Shown piece after piece: positions 9,192 through 18,990 of a stretch of 64,000 nt of DNA (its first letter is position 1; each line of letters opens with the position of its first letter). The stretch is taken from the NCBI GenBank assembly GCA_041649135.1, contig JBAZNQ010000001.1, positions 227,037-291,036 of the forward strand. The letters are read 5' to 3'. The notes below the pieces were generated by a model that saw only the letters and a program-made list of their open reading frames with translations, was not told where the DNA came from and made no database searches. The position numbers and the translations under genes are program-made. This stretch comes from Patescibacteria group bacterium (GTDB taxonomy: Bacteria > Patescibacteriota > Kazan-3B-28).

Positions 9192-9341
9192 CCCTAGATA
9201 CTAGATACTGAATACTAGATACTAAATTGTGTTTCGGATTTCGGATTTAGGATTTGTTTGGTATTTCGTGCTTCGAATTTGTTTCGGATTTCGGATTTCG
9301 AATTTATCTCCCTAGATACTAGATACTGAATACTAGATACT
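9192..9341. repeat. Two 32-bp direct repeats (CCCTAGATACTAGATACTGAATACTAGATACT) flanking an 86-bp (TTTCGGAT)n-like low-complexity spacer
   Basis: Exact 32-bp copies at about 9192-9223 and 9310-9341. Not CRISPR (see rejected). Confidence 0.6.
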
Positions 9342-9346
9342 AGATA

Positions 9347-11125
9347 TTATGCCAACTTTGCCTTTTTGTAATCAACTTTCACAAATTCCGCTACATCATC
9401 CGGCATCACTTTGGCAGTCGTGGTAACCAAAAATCCAAAATCATTTCCCTGTGTCGCTTCACTTACTTCTTCTGTTAAATGTTTAATCAATTTTACCGTA
9501 CCCGAGCCAATTTCTTCATCGCCACGCATAAATTTCACTACATTGCCAAGCCCAATTCTGCCCGACAATACTTTCATCCCAATAATCTTTTCATGCCGAT
9601 CCTCGCGGAAAATCTTTAAGACAGTCGCCTTACCCGATTGGGTCTCAATTCGTTCTGGTTCAATTGATTCCAATAAAATCTTGGTCAAATCATCCGTCAA
9701 ATTATAAATAATATCGTAGCCCAAGATCTGAATTTTATCTTTCTTCGCCATACTAGTGGCTGACGGACTAACATCCACTTTAAATCCCACCACGATCGCT
9801 TTCTCACCTTCCGCCGCCAGAATATCGGACTCGCTAATATTACCGATCCCCTCGCTAATAATCTTTATTTCTCCCTTGTCAGTCCGGATTTTTGATAATT
9901 GATTTTTAATTGCCTCTAACGAACCTTGCATATCCGCTTTTAACACCACTGCGATTTGTGATGCATGCGCCGCTCGGATCTGGGCTGTCAGTCTGGACAA
10001 ATCCGAAGCACTGACGGAAATCTTGCGAGCCGTTGCTTGTTTTGATTTTTGCATCGCCAATTCCCGCGCTTGTTTTTCGCTTTCCACTACTTCAAAAAAT
10101 TCTCCCACATTCGGCACAGCACTAAACCCCGTGACCCTGACAGGCATCGCCGGCTCGGCTTCTTTTACTCGCCGTCCCAAATAATCTTCCATTGATTTTA
10201 CTTTGCCGGCTTGAGCTCCCACCACGAACGGATCACCAATTTTTAGCGTACCGTTTTGTACTAATAAAGTTCCCGTATAACCAACCTTGGGATCATGTTT
10301 AGTTTCGATCACAAAACCAGTCGCCGGCGCTTTTTTATCCGCAGTCAGTTCCTGTAGATCTACTGTCAATAACACCAAGTCCAACAGTTCATCCACACCT
10401 TCACCAGTTTTCGCCGATACTCCAATAATGACATCCTTACCGCCCCATTTCTCCGTTACGATATTATGGGTCGCCAACTCTTGTTCTACCCGCAAAATGT
10501 TCGCTTCTGGTCTGTCAATTTTAGTAATCGCAGTTACGATCGGCACATTCGCCGCTCGTGCCAATTCGATCGCCTCGATCGTTTGCGGTTTTATTCCTTC
10601 ATCTGCCGCCACTACCAAAATCACCACATCCGTTACCTTCGCACCCTGCGCTCTAATCGCCGAAAACGCCTCATGCCCCGGTGTGTCCAAAAAAGTAATC
10701 TTGTGACCTTTGTATTCTGCCTGATAAGCCCCAATATGCTGGGTAATACCACCAGATTCCCTTTCAGTAATCTTGGTCTTCCGAATGTAATCCAACAGCG
10801 AAGTTTTACCGTGATCAACATGCCCCATGACTGTTACGACCGGCGGTCTTTGATCTCCACCTTCCACTCGCTTTACCACTCGTTCTTTTTCGCGTTTTGC
10901 CTCGCTCTCCGCGCTCTGTTCCACGCTGTAACCTAAATCATCCGCCACGATCGCCGCAGTTTCAAAATCGATATTGTCGTTAATCGTCGCCAGTACCCCA
11001 TTGGCTAACAGTTGCTTAATGACTACCGTTACCGGCACACCAAATGATTGGGCCAATTCATTGACCGTCATCAATCCCGGCAAGACTATTTTCTTTTCTT
11101 CATTCATAACATTTTCGAATGTCAT
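9347..11125 (-). CDS. infB: Translation initiation factor IF-2 (short form, no long N-terminal domain)
   Basis: G-domain VTVMGHVDHGKTSLLD, DTPGH and domain II-IV conservation. The ORF runs open up to 11248 through a repeat element. The start is ambiguous between 11125 (ATG contributed by the element terminus) and 11107. Confidence 0.9.
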   Translation of the reverse strand: MTFENVMNEEKKIVLPGLMTVNELAQSFGVPVTVVIKQLLANGVLATINDNIDFETAAIVADDLGYSVEQSAESEAKREKERVVKRVEGGDQRPPVVTVMGHVDHGKTSLLDYIRKTKITERESGGITQHIGAYQAEYKGHKITFLDTPGHEAFSAIRAQGAKVTDVVILVVAADEGIKPQTIEAIELARAANVPIVTAITKIDRPEANILRVEQELATHNIVTEKWGGKDVIIGVSAKTGEGVDELLDLVLLTVDLQELTADKKAPATGFVIETKHDPKVGYTGTLLVQNGTLKIGDPFVVGAQAGKVKSMEDYLGRRVKEAEPAMPVRVTGFSAVPNVGEFFEVVESEKQARELAMQKSKQATARKISVSASDLSRLTAQIRAAHASQIAVVLKADMQGSLEAIKNQLSKIRTDKGEIKIISEGIGNISESDILAAEGEKAIVVGFKVDVSPSATSMAKKDKIQILGYDIIYNLTDDLTKILLESIEPERIETQSGKATVLKIFREDRHEKIIGMKVLSGRIGLGNVVKFMRGDEEIGSGTVKLIKHLTEEVSEATQGNDFGFLVTTTAKVMPDDVAEFVKVDYKKAKLA

Positions 11126-11220
11126 CCTCGAGCCGACAGTATTAGCGAGTCGACATCGGGGATCCAGACAGAAACAAAAACATTTTTCTTTTCTGGATTC
11201 CCGCCTTCGCGGGAATGACG
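11121..11220. repeat. Composite bipartite palindromic element (GTC-ATCCTCGA hairpin, CCAGACAGAAAC…TTTCTGG spacer, ATTCCCGC hairpin, GAC)
   Basis: Near-identical architecture to 8896-9057, 44453-44535 and 52646-52740. Confidence 0.7.
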
Positions 11221-11306
11221 GATAAAAAATCATTAAAATGACTGCCAAAACCCATCTTCAGCAACCATACATCTTCATCCTACCCCGAAATTAATCTCGG
11301 GGCTAA

Positions 11307-12647
11307 TTATTGCTTTTCCATTGCCAAAATAATTTTATCGGCGGTTGCTTTACCGATCGCCGGCAATGCTATCAGTTCTTCTTTGGTCTTACCTTGCAAA
11401 TCAGCTCGTTTAGTAATCCCTGCTGTATTTAATTTTTTGATCATCGCTGGAGTTAGCCCCAAAGCCACCAAATCGCTTGTTCCATCGTCATTAGCTACAA
11501 CTAATCCTTCGGTTTTCTCAACTACCGCTGGCTTCTGCATGGCTTTCAAACTCAACCCCAATCGGTGGCTCTCTGCCCCCAAATCGATCACTTTCAGCTT
11601 CAGCTTGTCGTCCACCTTCACGACCGCACTCGGATCCACCACGTGTTCATGTGACAGCTCGGAGATATGGATCAAGCCATCAACCTTGCCATCAATTGAT
11701 ACAAACACACCAAATGGCATGATCTGTGTTACTCTCCCCGTCACCTCCTGCCCGATCTGAAAGTTCTTGATCGTTGTCAGCCATGGGTCGGCTTCCAACC
11801 GTTTCATTGACAAAGAAATCTTGTCTGCATCAATCGCGATCACTTGCACCCTAACCTTGTCGCCCACCTGCGCAAAGTTGCTCGGATGATCAACTTTACC
11901 CCAACTAATTTCAGAAATGTGTACCAACCCTTCCAGTTGACCAAGCGACACAAAAATCCCGAAATCAACTACGCCAGAGACAGAACCTTCCAACACATCA
12001 TTAACTTTGATGTCGGAAACTAATTCATCAAATTCACCCTTCCGCGCGATTTTCTCCGAGAAAATTAATTTGCTGGTGCTCTTGTCCAAATCCAAAACTT
12101 TCACTTGCATCATCTCGCCTTCAAATTTGGCTAATCGATTTAGAATCTCGTCCTTATCGTTACCGACTCTGGGATAATGTTCTGGCGCCAATTGTGAAAC
12201 CGGCAGGAAACCTCGCAAACCATCCGCTTCGACAATTAAACCACCACGATTTGCTTCCACCACCTTCACGTCGAAGACTTCGTCCTTGCCCCTGCGCTCT
12301 TCCAAAGCCGTCCACCCTTGATTTTCCAGCGCATCACGCAAACTCAAAATCATGAAGCCTTCGTCATTCTCCGGCATCAACACCGAAGCTGTTACCCGAT
12401 CACCGGCCTTGTAATCCGGCGCCGAGATCCCTTCTTCGGCTAATTCTTTATTGCTGATAATACCAATAAACCGACCATCATCAATATCGATCCAAATCCG
12501 ATTTTTGGTTACTGCTGTTACTTCACCTGCCACCAAATCACCGGATTGATAAATCTTCAAATCCCCCGCACTACTGTCGAGGTATTTAGCGAAGGCTGTC
12601 TTTGCGCCTTTGGGGGAAACCCCATCGGAGACTTTCGTCTTGGCCAT
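11307..12647 (-). CDS. rpsA: 30S ribosomal protein S1-like (four S1 domains plus a C-terminal helix-hairpin-helix)
   Basis: Repeated S1 OB-fold motifs (GDLVAGEV…, GDRVTASV…). C-terminal HhH GITKRADL…LPAIGKATA. Confidence 0.8.
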   Translation of the reverse strand: MAKTKVSDGVSPKGAKTAFAKYLDSSAGDLKIYQSGDLVAGEVTAVTKNRIWIDIDDGRFIGIISNKELAEEGISAPDYKAGDRVTASVLMPENDEGFMILSLRDALENQGWTALEERRGKDEVFDVKVVEANRGGLIVEADGLRGFLPVSQLAPEHYPRVGNDKDEILNRLAKFEGEMMQVKVLDLDKSTSKLIFSEKIARKGEFDELVSDIKVNDVLEGSVSGVVDFGIFVSLGQLEGLVHISEISWGKVDHPSNFAQVGDKVRVQVIAIDADKISLSMKRLEADPWLTTIKNFQIGQEVTGRVTQIMPFGVFVSIDGKVDGLIHISELSHEHVVDPSAVVKVDDKLKLKVIDLGAESHRLGLSLKAMQKPAVVEKTEGLVVANDDGTSDLVALGLTPAMIKKLNTAGITKRADLQGKTKEELIALPAIGKATADKIILAMEKQ

Positions 12648-12689
12648 CTTTATCTATTAGTTAATTAATATAGCTCCTGATACTTTGCC

Positions 12690-12718
12690 ACTATAAAGGA
12701 GGAGGTCGTCCCAGTCAA
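12690..12718 (-). promoter_or_regulatory. Sigma70-like promoter (TTGACT, 17 nt spacer, TATAGT) about 35 nt upstream of rpsA
   Basis: On the minus strand: TTGACTgggacgacctcctccttTATAGT. Confidence 0.4.
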
Positions 12719-12768
12719 GCTTATGGACAGTCAAAGACTAGTGGATTAGTGACTCTAACAGCCCAGTC

Positions 12769-12914
12769 GTCATTCTGGGGAGTTCTGCTGGGCAACAGAA
12801 CGACACCAGAATCGTATATTAAGATTCTAGATGCGCCCTCTCTCCTCTGTCCCAATGGGACTCCTTAGAGGCCGGGCTTGCTGCCCGCCCATCGGCAAGC
12901 AAACTAAGAATGAC
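12769..12914. repeat. Family-B palindromic element (GTCATTCTGG hairpin … CCAGAATC …), expanded/degenerate copy
   Basis: Termini and stems match 31836-31925 and 52529-52630. Confidence 0.5.
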
Positions 12915-13216
12915 GGAGTAGGAAAGATTTTTAAAAAACCTACGCCTACAGCCCACGGTTCCAATATTGACAAGAATTGTTTGTTGTGCTAACTTACAAG
13001 CACTTGGGGAAATCAACGTCCACCTCAAGTCTCTAGGGTCGGAGTGTGACCTATTCCGTATCTACTATTTGTTTATTGCCTGCGTGGCTATGGTCCTGCG
13101 GGAGACGGCCGCAGTACTGTGCTCTTCCCAAGGAAGAAATCAGCAATAACCGCGGTATTCGCTGCTCGGGAACAGGCGACCACCTTAGTTGCACCTGTAA
13201 ACAGATTCCCCGTCTA

Positions 13217-13251
13217 CCTCCGGATTTATCCGGAGGTTTTTATTTCCTTTT
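13217..13251 (+). terminator. Terminator-like hairpin CCTCCGGAT-tta-TCCGGAGG followed by TTTTTATTTCCTTTT
   Basis: Perfect 8-9-bp stem with a T-run on the plus strand. No protein gene ends here, so a putative ncRNA 3' end. Confidence 0.4.
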
Positions 13252-14042
13252 GCAAGAGAAAAACGGGCAAAATGGACTCCACTCAAGAATGTTCTTGCCC
13301 CTATTCATAGGAGAAAAACCAATAAACTGGCTCTGGACGCCCAAAAAAGTGTTGACAACCAGAATACTCTGTAATACACTAAAGCCAATATGCCCTGGTC
13401 GTTCATTCGACCAAAACTATAGGGCGTAGGGAGCAAGGTATGAATGTTTTATCGCAGAATTCCCCTCACCTTAACATTGTGAACAACACCGAACGGAACG
13501 CCGGCAACGGCGACGCGAGCGACGGCAGCAGGACCAGGTCCTGAACGGCCGCGGCCCGGTGCGGGTTGACGAGAACTAGCAGCGCGGAGTGCCAAACAGG
13601 CAAAGCTCCTCGGTGACACCCTGCAACCCGCAAACAACCAAGCAGCAACCAAGAGGAGGCTAGATGTATAATCCACCGGACTAGTTAATAACTCCCCAAC
13701 CTGTATAAATAACGACGTGGTTGTGGGAGTGGTGAGACATAAGCGCAGGGGCACCAAGGCCTTTGAGCCTGACGCCCACCAGGAGACTGGAAAAAATGCG
13801 CAGTAACAACCAGCGGCAACACAGTCAGCTACTGTGTACTCGACCCCCGGCCTGTAATGGGTGCGGGGGACAATAGGGAGAACTCTTCCTTCGACGCTAG
13901 TGAGGAATACTGCCGAGGCCATTGGCAACTCGGTAACATCGAATTTCCTCCAGCCTCCCGAAGGGAGAACGAACCCCGAAAAACACAACCTAAACAGCAA
14001 CATTGTTTGAACCTTGTGGACCAACGACGAATAGTCTAAGCA

Positions 14043-14067
14043 GGGCGCCCCTCTGGGCGCCCTTTTT
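14043..14067 (+). terminator. Terminator-like hairpin GGGCGCC-loop-GGCGCCC followed by TTTTT
   Basis: GC-only 7-bp stem with a T5 run on the plus strand. It closes the GC-rich noncoding island. Confidence 0.4.
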
Positions 14068-14091
14068 CGTATCCAAATTCTAAACTTCTCT

Positions 14092-14508
14092 TTATTTTTT
14101 ATCCAAATACCGACGGAGATACTTTTCCTTCTCTTGTCCGGTAATTTTGCTTGCCCGCTTCTTCGGAAAATCTACCCGCGCGAACTTAATGATCAAACCC
14201 GCTTGTACTAACGCATAAATGATTATCAGCACCGGCCAAAACCTCCACGACAAATACCTAATTCCCTCATATCGGAAAAACAGCCAAACCAGCATTAACC
14301 AACCAAACACATTTGCTGCAGCCACCGACTTCAGAATCACTTGTCTTTGCAAAAATGCTAATTTCTTGGTTCGGTTTGGTACGATCATCACCGCCACGAT
14401 CAACCCTACCAATAACCCCACGATCACCCAGTATCCCCAACCCCAAAATGTCATCGACAAATTGCTGTCGAAATAATAAGTCCAGTTAAAGATATTAGCG
14501 AAAGACAT
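14092..14508 (-). CDS. Hypothetical integral membrane protein (about 4 TM helices)
   Basis: Hydrophobic helices and a K/R-rich C-terminal tail. No recognised family. Confidence 0.55.
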   Translation of the reverse strand: MSFANIFNWTYYFDSNLSMTFWGWGYWVIVGLLVGLIVAVMIVPNRTKKLAFLQRQVILKSVAAANVFGWLMLVWLFFRYEGIRYLSWRFWPVLIIIYALVQAGLIIKFARVDFPKKRASKITGQEKEKYLRRYLDKK

Positions 14509-14593
14509 AGTAGTTTAACTTTTAAGATTAAATATTTTTCTCGTCATTCTCTGACTTACCTGCCCGACTAGGGACCAGAATCTTACCCCCAGT

Positions 14594-14771
14594 CGTCATT
14601 CTGGCTTGTCCAGAATCTTATCAATAACAATATATTCTTGTATCGTCATCCTCGCTTGCGTTAGCCCTCCGTAGCTCGTAGAGCGAAGGACGGGTCGAGG
14701 ATCGTATAATCCTATCCGATTCCTTGGCCGCGACCGCAGACAGGCTGGAGTCGCTTTGCTCCCCAGAATGA
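14594..14771. repeat. Two or three concatenated palindromic elements (family B GTCATTCTGG hairpin, then GTCATCCTCG…CGAGGATCG, then a family-B 3' half)
   Basis: GTCAT…ATGAC termini. Shared segments with 9084-9169. Confidence 0.6.
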
Positions 14772-14795
14772 CGAGAACACTCCTCACTCCTCACT

Positions 14796-17700
14796 CTATT
14801 TCAATCTCCTTCTAACAAAACTATTCGAACTCTTTTTGGTCTGCAGCCTGGAAGTTGCCTTAGCCGTTGCTCGCTTAGCCAATTTCCGAGTCGTGAAACC
14901 AGATTTCTTCGAGGTTGATTTAACAATTGGCTTTTTCGATAACACCTTTTTCTTAAATACTGGCACAGGCTTCTTGACCACTCCTGACCGTTTGCTTACT
15001 CGACTAGGAACCATCTTTTTAATAACCGCCCGCTTGGCAACTGGTTTAATGACTTTCTTCTTAGCAACTGGCTTAATTTTTTTAGCTGCAGGTTTTACTA
15101 TCGCTGTTTTAGTCGCTACCACTCTTGCCGGCTTTACTTTTTTAACCTTAGTCGCAGTTGGCTTCGCTTTTATTACTTTCTCCGAGACACCTTTTGAATT
15201 GTCAGATACTCGCCCTGCATAGTTCTGCTTTTTTGCAGAACGAAGCATGGGTTCTTCGCCCTCTTCCTCAATTATTTCCTCACCAGAGTCTTCCATATCT
15301 TCCACCTCCGCTTCATGAACCTCGGGCTTGGGTAATTTTGCCAATTCTGCTTCAGTTAATTCTTCATTTGGATTAGTTAGTTTACCATCCGCCTCTTCCA
15401 TAAACAGTACCGTAAATGACGCCACATGGTCGCTAGCATTCTTCATTCGCATCAATCGGACACCTTGAGTTGCCCGACCTAGCGTTGGCACGGTTTTCAA
15501 TGGCAAGCGAATGATCTGACCTTCGGTCGAAGTTATGATCACATCCGCCACCAAAGTTCTCTCCACCAGTTTCGCCCCAATCACCTTCCCAGTCTTGGCT
15601 GTTACTTGCATGGTTTTTATCCCCACACCACCACGATGTTGTAAAGTGTATTGCGACAACAGAGTCTGTTTACCCAAACCATTCGCCGACACCACGAACA
15701 ATGCCGCCGGAATCCCCTTGCGGGCCACATCCGCCCCGATCACTTCATCATCTTTCCGCAGTTTAATCGCTCGCACCCCACGAGTTGATCGTCCCAGCGG
15801 CCTCGCATCGCTCTCCTTGAATTTTATCGACTGACCATCTTTGGTGATGATCATCACTTCGTCATCTTTTTGGCTCTTGCGCACCCATTTCAATTCATCT
15901 CCCTCATCCAATTTGATCGCAATTAAGCCATTACTACGAATGTTGGCATAAGCCGCGGTCGCTGTCTTTTTGATCACCCCTTGTTTGGTGATCATCACAA
16001 AATCACCCGACCAAGCCTTCTCTGGCATCGCCAGTAAAGCCGTTACTTTTTCCTCGGGCGCTAGCTGGATCACATTAACTGCCGCTGTCCCACGAGCAAT
16101 TCTGGACGCCTGTGGAATTTCAAATACCTTCTGGCGGAAAACCCGACCCCGATTAGTGAAGAACAAAATATCATCATGGTTTTTCGCTACCTGAATCGTC
16201 GAGATCTGGTCTTCTTCTTTGGTCGTCATCCCGATCACGCCCTTACCACCACGACGTTGTGTCCGATATTCATTAATTGACTGACGTTTAATGTAATTGC
16301 CAACCGACATTGTCACCACAACTTCCTCGTTCGGGATCAAATCCATGTCCGTAAAATCACCTACTGTCTTGCCGCTCATCTGTGTCCGACGCTTATCACC
16401 ATACCGATTTTTGATCTCCTGACACTCGGTTCTGATCAAGCCATCAATTTTTTTAGGATCTTTTAAAATTGCTTTCAATTCTGCGATCAACTTCTGCTTT
16501 TCAAGATATTCATCCTCAACTTTCTTCCGCTCCAGACCAGCCAAAGCCGACAACCGCATTTCCAAAATTGCCGAAGCCTGCAGTTCGGATAATTTGAACT
16601 TTTTTATCAAATTAGCATGCGCTTCTTCTTTGGTCGCCGATTTCTTGATCGTCGAAATGACCGCATCAAGATTATCTAAAGCGATCTTGAGCCCCTCCAA
16701 AATATGCGCCCGCTCTTCCGCTTTCTTTAATTCAAATTGAGTTCGACGAGTGATCACCACTCGTCGATGGTTCAAAAACTGTAACAATGCTTCCGCTAAA
16801 TTAAATACTCTCGGCTGGATACCGTTCTCCAACGCCAGCAAATTCATATGAAAAGTCGACTGCAACGGCGTCAGCTTAAATAATTGGTTTAGGATCTTTT
16901 TTGGATAAGCGTCTTTTTTCAGATCTACTACTACCCGAATTCCGTCCCGATCCGATTCATCCCGCAGATCGGCCACCCCGATCAATTTTTTCTCTTTCAC
17001 CAAATCGGCAATTCTCGTTACCATTTCGGCCTTGTTCACCTGGAATGGCAACTCCGAAATGACGATCCGATGAGCATTTCCGTCTTCTTCGATCTCTGCC
17101 ACCCCTCGCGTTACCACCTTGCCCTTACCAGTCGCATAAGCTTCCCGAATGTCTTTGGAATTAAAAATGATCCCGCCCGTCGGAAAGTCCGGCCCCGGGA
17201 TAAACTCCATTAATTTATCAACATCTGCGTCTGGAAAATCGATCAGATACATAATGGCATCCAACATTTCGCCCAAATTATGTGGCGGGATCGACGTCGC
17301 CATACCCACCGCGATCCCCATTGTGCCGTTTAGTAATAGTTGGGGAATTTTGGTCGGCAACACATCCGGCTCTTTTTTGGTGTTGGAATAGTTATCATGA
17401 AAATCGACTGTATCTTTATCCAAATCCGCCAACACCTCTTCGGCGATGGCTGTCATTTTGGCTTCGGTATATCGCATAGCAGCCGGACTGTCACCATCGA
17501 TCGAACCAAAGTTTCCCTGACCATCAACTAATGGATACCGCATACTCCACGGTTGAGCTAACCGCACCAACGTGTCATAGACCGCCATATCACCATGGGG
17601 GTGATAGAACGCGATTACACCACCAACCACCTCCGCGCTTTTGCGATATTTGACATTGTGTCGTAACCCCGATTCCCCCATCGAAAACAAAATCCGCCGG

Positions 17701-17840
17701 TGAACCGGCTTCATGCCATCCCGCACATCAGGAAGCGCTCGCGCCACGATCACACTCATTGCGTAATCCAAATAGGATTGCCGCATTTCGGTGTTGATCG
17801 ATCGGAGATTTACCTTCCCAATATTTTTGTCTTCATCCAT
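14796..17840 (-). CDS. gyrA: DNA gyrase subunit A with a ~180-aa Lys-rich (KPAAKK-type) C-terminal tail
   Basis: GyrA N-terminal catalytic domain (active-site Tyr region, AAMRYTE) and beta-pinwheel repeats. Histone-H1-like lysine-rich extension. 1014 aa. Confidence 0.95.
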   Translation of the reverse strand: MDEDKNIGKVNLRSINTEMRQSYLDYAMSVIVARALPDVRDGMKPVHRRILFSMGESGLRHNVKYRKSAEVVGGVIAFYHPHGDMAVYDTLVRLAQPWSMRYPLVDGQGNFGSIDGDSPAAMRYTEAKMTAIAEEVLADLDKDTVDFHDNYSNTKKEPDVLPTKIPQLLLNGTMGIAVGMATSIPPHNLGEMLDAIMYLIDFPDADVDKLMEFIPGPDFPTGGIIFNSKDIREAYATGKGKVVTRGVAEIEEDGNAHRIVISELPFQVNKAEMVTRIADLVKEKKLIGVADLRDESDRDGIRVVVDLKKDAYPKKILNQLFKLTPLQSTFHMNLLALENGIQPRVFNLAEALLQFLNHRRVVITRRTQFELKKAEERAHILEGLKIALDNLDAVISTIKKSATKEEAHANLIKKFKLSELQASAILEMRLSALAGLERKKVEDEYLEKQKLIAELKAILKDPKKIDGLIRTECQEIKNRYGDKRRTQMSGKTVGDFTDMDLIPNEEVVVTMSVGNYIKRQSINEYRTQRRGGKGVIGMTTKEEDQISTIQVAKNHDDILFFTNRGRVFRQKVFEIPQASRIARGTAAVNVIQLAPEEKVTALLAMPEKAWSGDFVMITKQGVIKKTATAAYANIRSNGLIAIKLDEGDELKWVRKSQKDDEVMIITKDGQSIKFKESDARPLGRSTRGVRAIKLRKDDEVIGADVARKGIPAALFVVSANGLGKQTLLSQYTLQHRGGVGIKTMQVTAKTGKVIGAKLVERTLVADVIITSTEGQIIRLPLKTVPTLGRATQGVRLMRMKNASDHVASFTVLFMEEADGKLTNPNEELTEAELAKLPKPEVHEAEVEDMEDSGEEIIEEEGEEPMLRSAKKQNYAGRVSDNSKGVSEKVIKAKPTATKVKKVKPARVVATKTAIVKPAAKKIKPVAKKKVIKPVAKRAVIKKMVPSRVSKRSGVVKKPVPVFKKKVLSKKPIVKSTSKKSGFTTRKLAKRATAKATSRLQTKKSSNSFVRRRLK

Positions 17841-17920
17841 AAGAAATTATCCTTCCTCAATTCCAAGTGCTTACCTGCAGACCAGCAAAGCCTCCCAACA
17901 GGTTGGCTAATACCCATATT

Positions 17921-18919
17921 TTAGGCCTTCTTCTGCCATCTGTCTATCAGCCAGCTATCCGTCTGTTTCAGCACCACGAACTCCCAAGTTTCGGTCAGAG
18001 TCTGCTTGTCCGGCGTCTTTTTCTCCAGTTGACCGGCGATCGTTACTTTTGCGACACCGTCATCCACCACCGACGCAGTAATTCTAAAATTCGTGATCTG
18101 TACTGAATCTTCCACGATCCCTGGCGAAAACTCTGCCTTAGCCGCTTTGGTCAATTTGGCTGACATCCCAGTCGCATCGCCGTCTTGCCACGCCTGAACA
18201 AATTGGTTCACTGCCTGTTCGGCCGCTTGTTGAGCCGCTTTTTGTTGTTCTGTTTGCGTCCCACCATCATCGATCTTCTTTTGCAACAGAGCGTTAACAT
18301 CACTCGCTGTATCAAAAATATCTCGCGGCAATTTGGCTTGGATCATCCCGCCGCCCACCAACAACAACTCATCATAAGACTGTTCCATTTTGGCTGTCGT
18401 CGATTTTAACGTATCTAGTTCTTTAATCTCGCTGATCTCCGCAACTCGCCCCAGAATGCGTCTGAATTCCGCCAACATCACGCTGTAATCATCCAAAAAG
18501 ATGCTCAATTTACTAGCGACTGTACTCGCTTTAATACTTAATCCCACCTGCGCCCGAACATCATATAAACCGTCTCGGACAGTCTGATTTGCCACATTCA
18601 CCACTTTGATCAGCGCCGTATCACCCGTGTCACCCAGTTGGTCAAAGCTATCCACCGACTGTAATTTGTTAACTACTGCGGTAGTGTCGCTCACCACCTC
18701 CGACCAAGTTGTTTTTAGCGCTTTTTCACCAGCCGCTCCTTGGCTTTGGAAACTATAGTAGTAATACGATGCTAGTCCGCCGATTAACACCACCAAAACT
18801 GACCCAAATACCGTCAACAACAGCCCCGGCGCTTTGGGACGTGGTCGCACTTTCATTGCTTTTGCCTCCGCCTCGATCTCTTCGGTTTCAGCATCGGTAA
18901 TTTCTTCCTCAAATTTCAT
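17921..18919 (-). CDS. Hypothetical single-pass membrane-anchored protein (acidic N-terminus, one TM, Q/A-rich region)
   Basis: One predicted TM (LLLTVFGSVLVVLIGGLA). No recognised domain. Confidence 0.55.
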   Translation of the reverse strand: MKFEEEITDAETEEIEAEAKAMKVRPRPKAPGLLLTVFGSVLVVLIGGLASYYYYSFQSQGAAGEKALKTTWSEVVSDTTAVVNKLQSVDSFDQLGDTGDTALIKVVNVANQTVRDGLYDVRAQVGLSIKASTVASKLSIFLDDYSVMLAEFRRILGRVAEISEIKELDTLKSTTAKMEQSYDELLLVGGGMIQAKLPRDIFDTASDVNALLQKKIDDGGTQTEQQKAAQQAAEQAVNQFVQAWQDGDATGMSAKLTKAAKAEFSPGIVEDSVQITNFRITASVVDDGVAKVTIAGQLEKKTPDKQTLTETWEFVVLKQTDSWLIDRWQKKA

Positions 18920-18990
18920 TGACTTGGCTGATTTAAATCAGCCTAATCATATCTGAAAAACCGTCTCTTTTCAAGCACCAACTCGACCCT

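Noticed and set aside
9192-9341. Possible CRISPR array (two exact 32-bp direct repeats)
   Set aside because: Only two copies. The intervening 86 bp is low-complexity (TTTCGGAT)n, not a unique spacer. No cas genes are present. The repeat unit is itself made of tandem TAGATAC heptamers. It fits the spacer tandem-repeat phenomenon, not CRISPR.
13449-14024. 191-aa minus-strand ORF in the GC-rich block
   Set aside because: Extremely low-complexity translation (poly-Ala/Gly/Arg/Pro runs), no start context, no family. The open frame is most likely a GC-content artefact. The region is treated as noncoding or ncRNA.
12650-14090. RNase P RNA, tmRNA or SRP RNA in the gene-free region
   Set aside because: I could not find the P4 consensus (AGGAAAGUCCGG / ACAGAANCCGGCUUA), a tmRNA tRNA-like end (…CUCCACCA) or tag ORF, or the SRP domain IV GGAA…GCAGC motif on either strand by eye. 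This is left as an unclassified candidate and needs cmscan.
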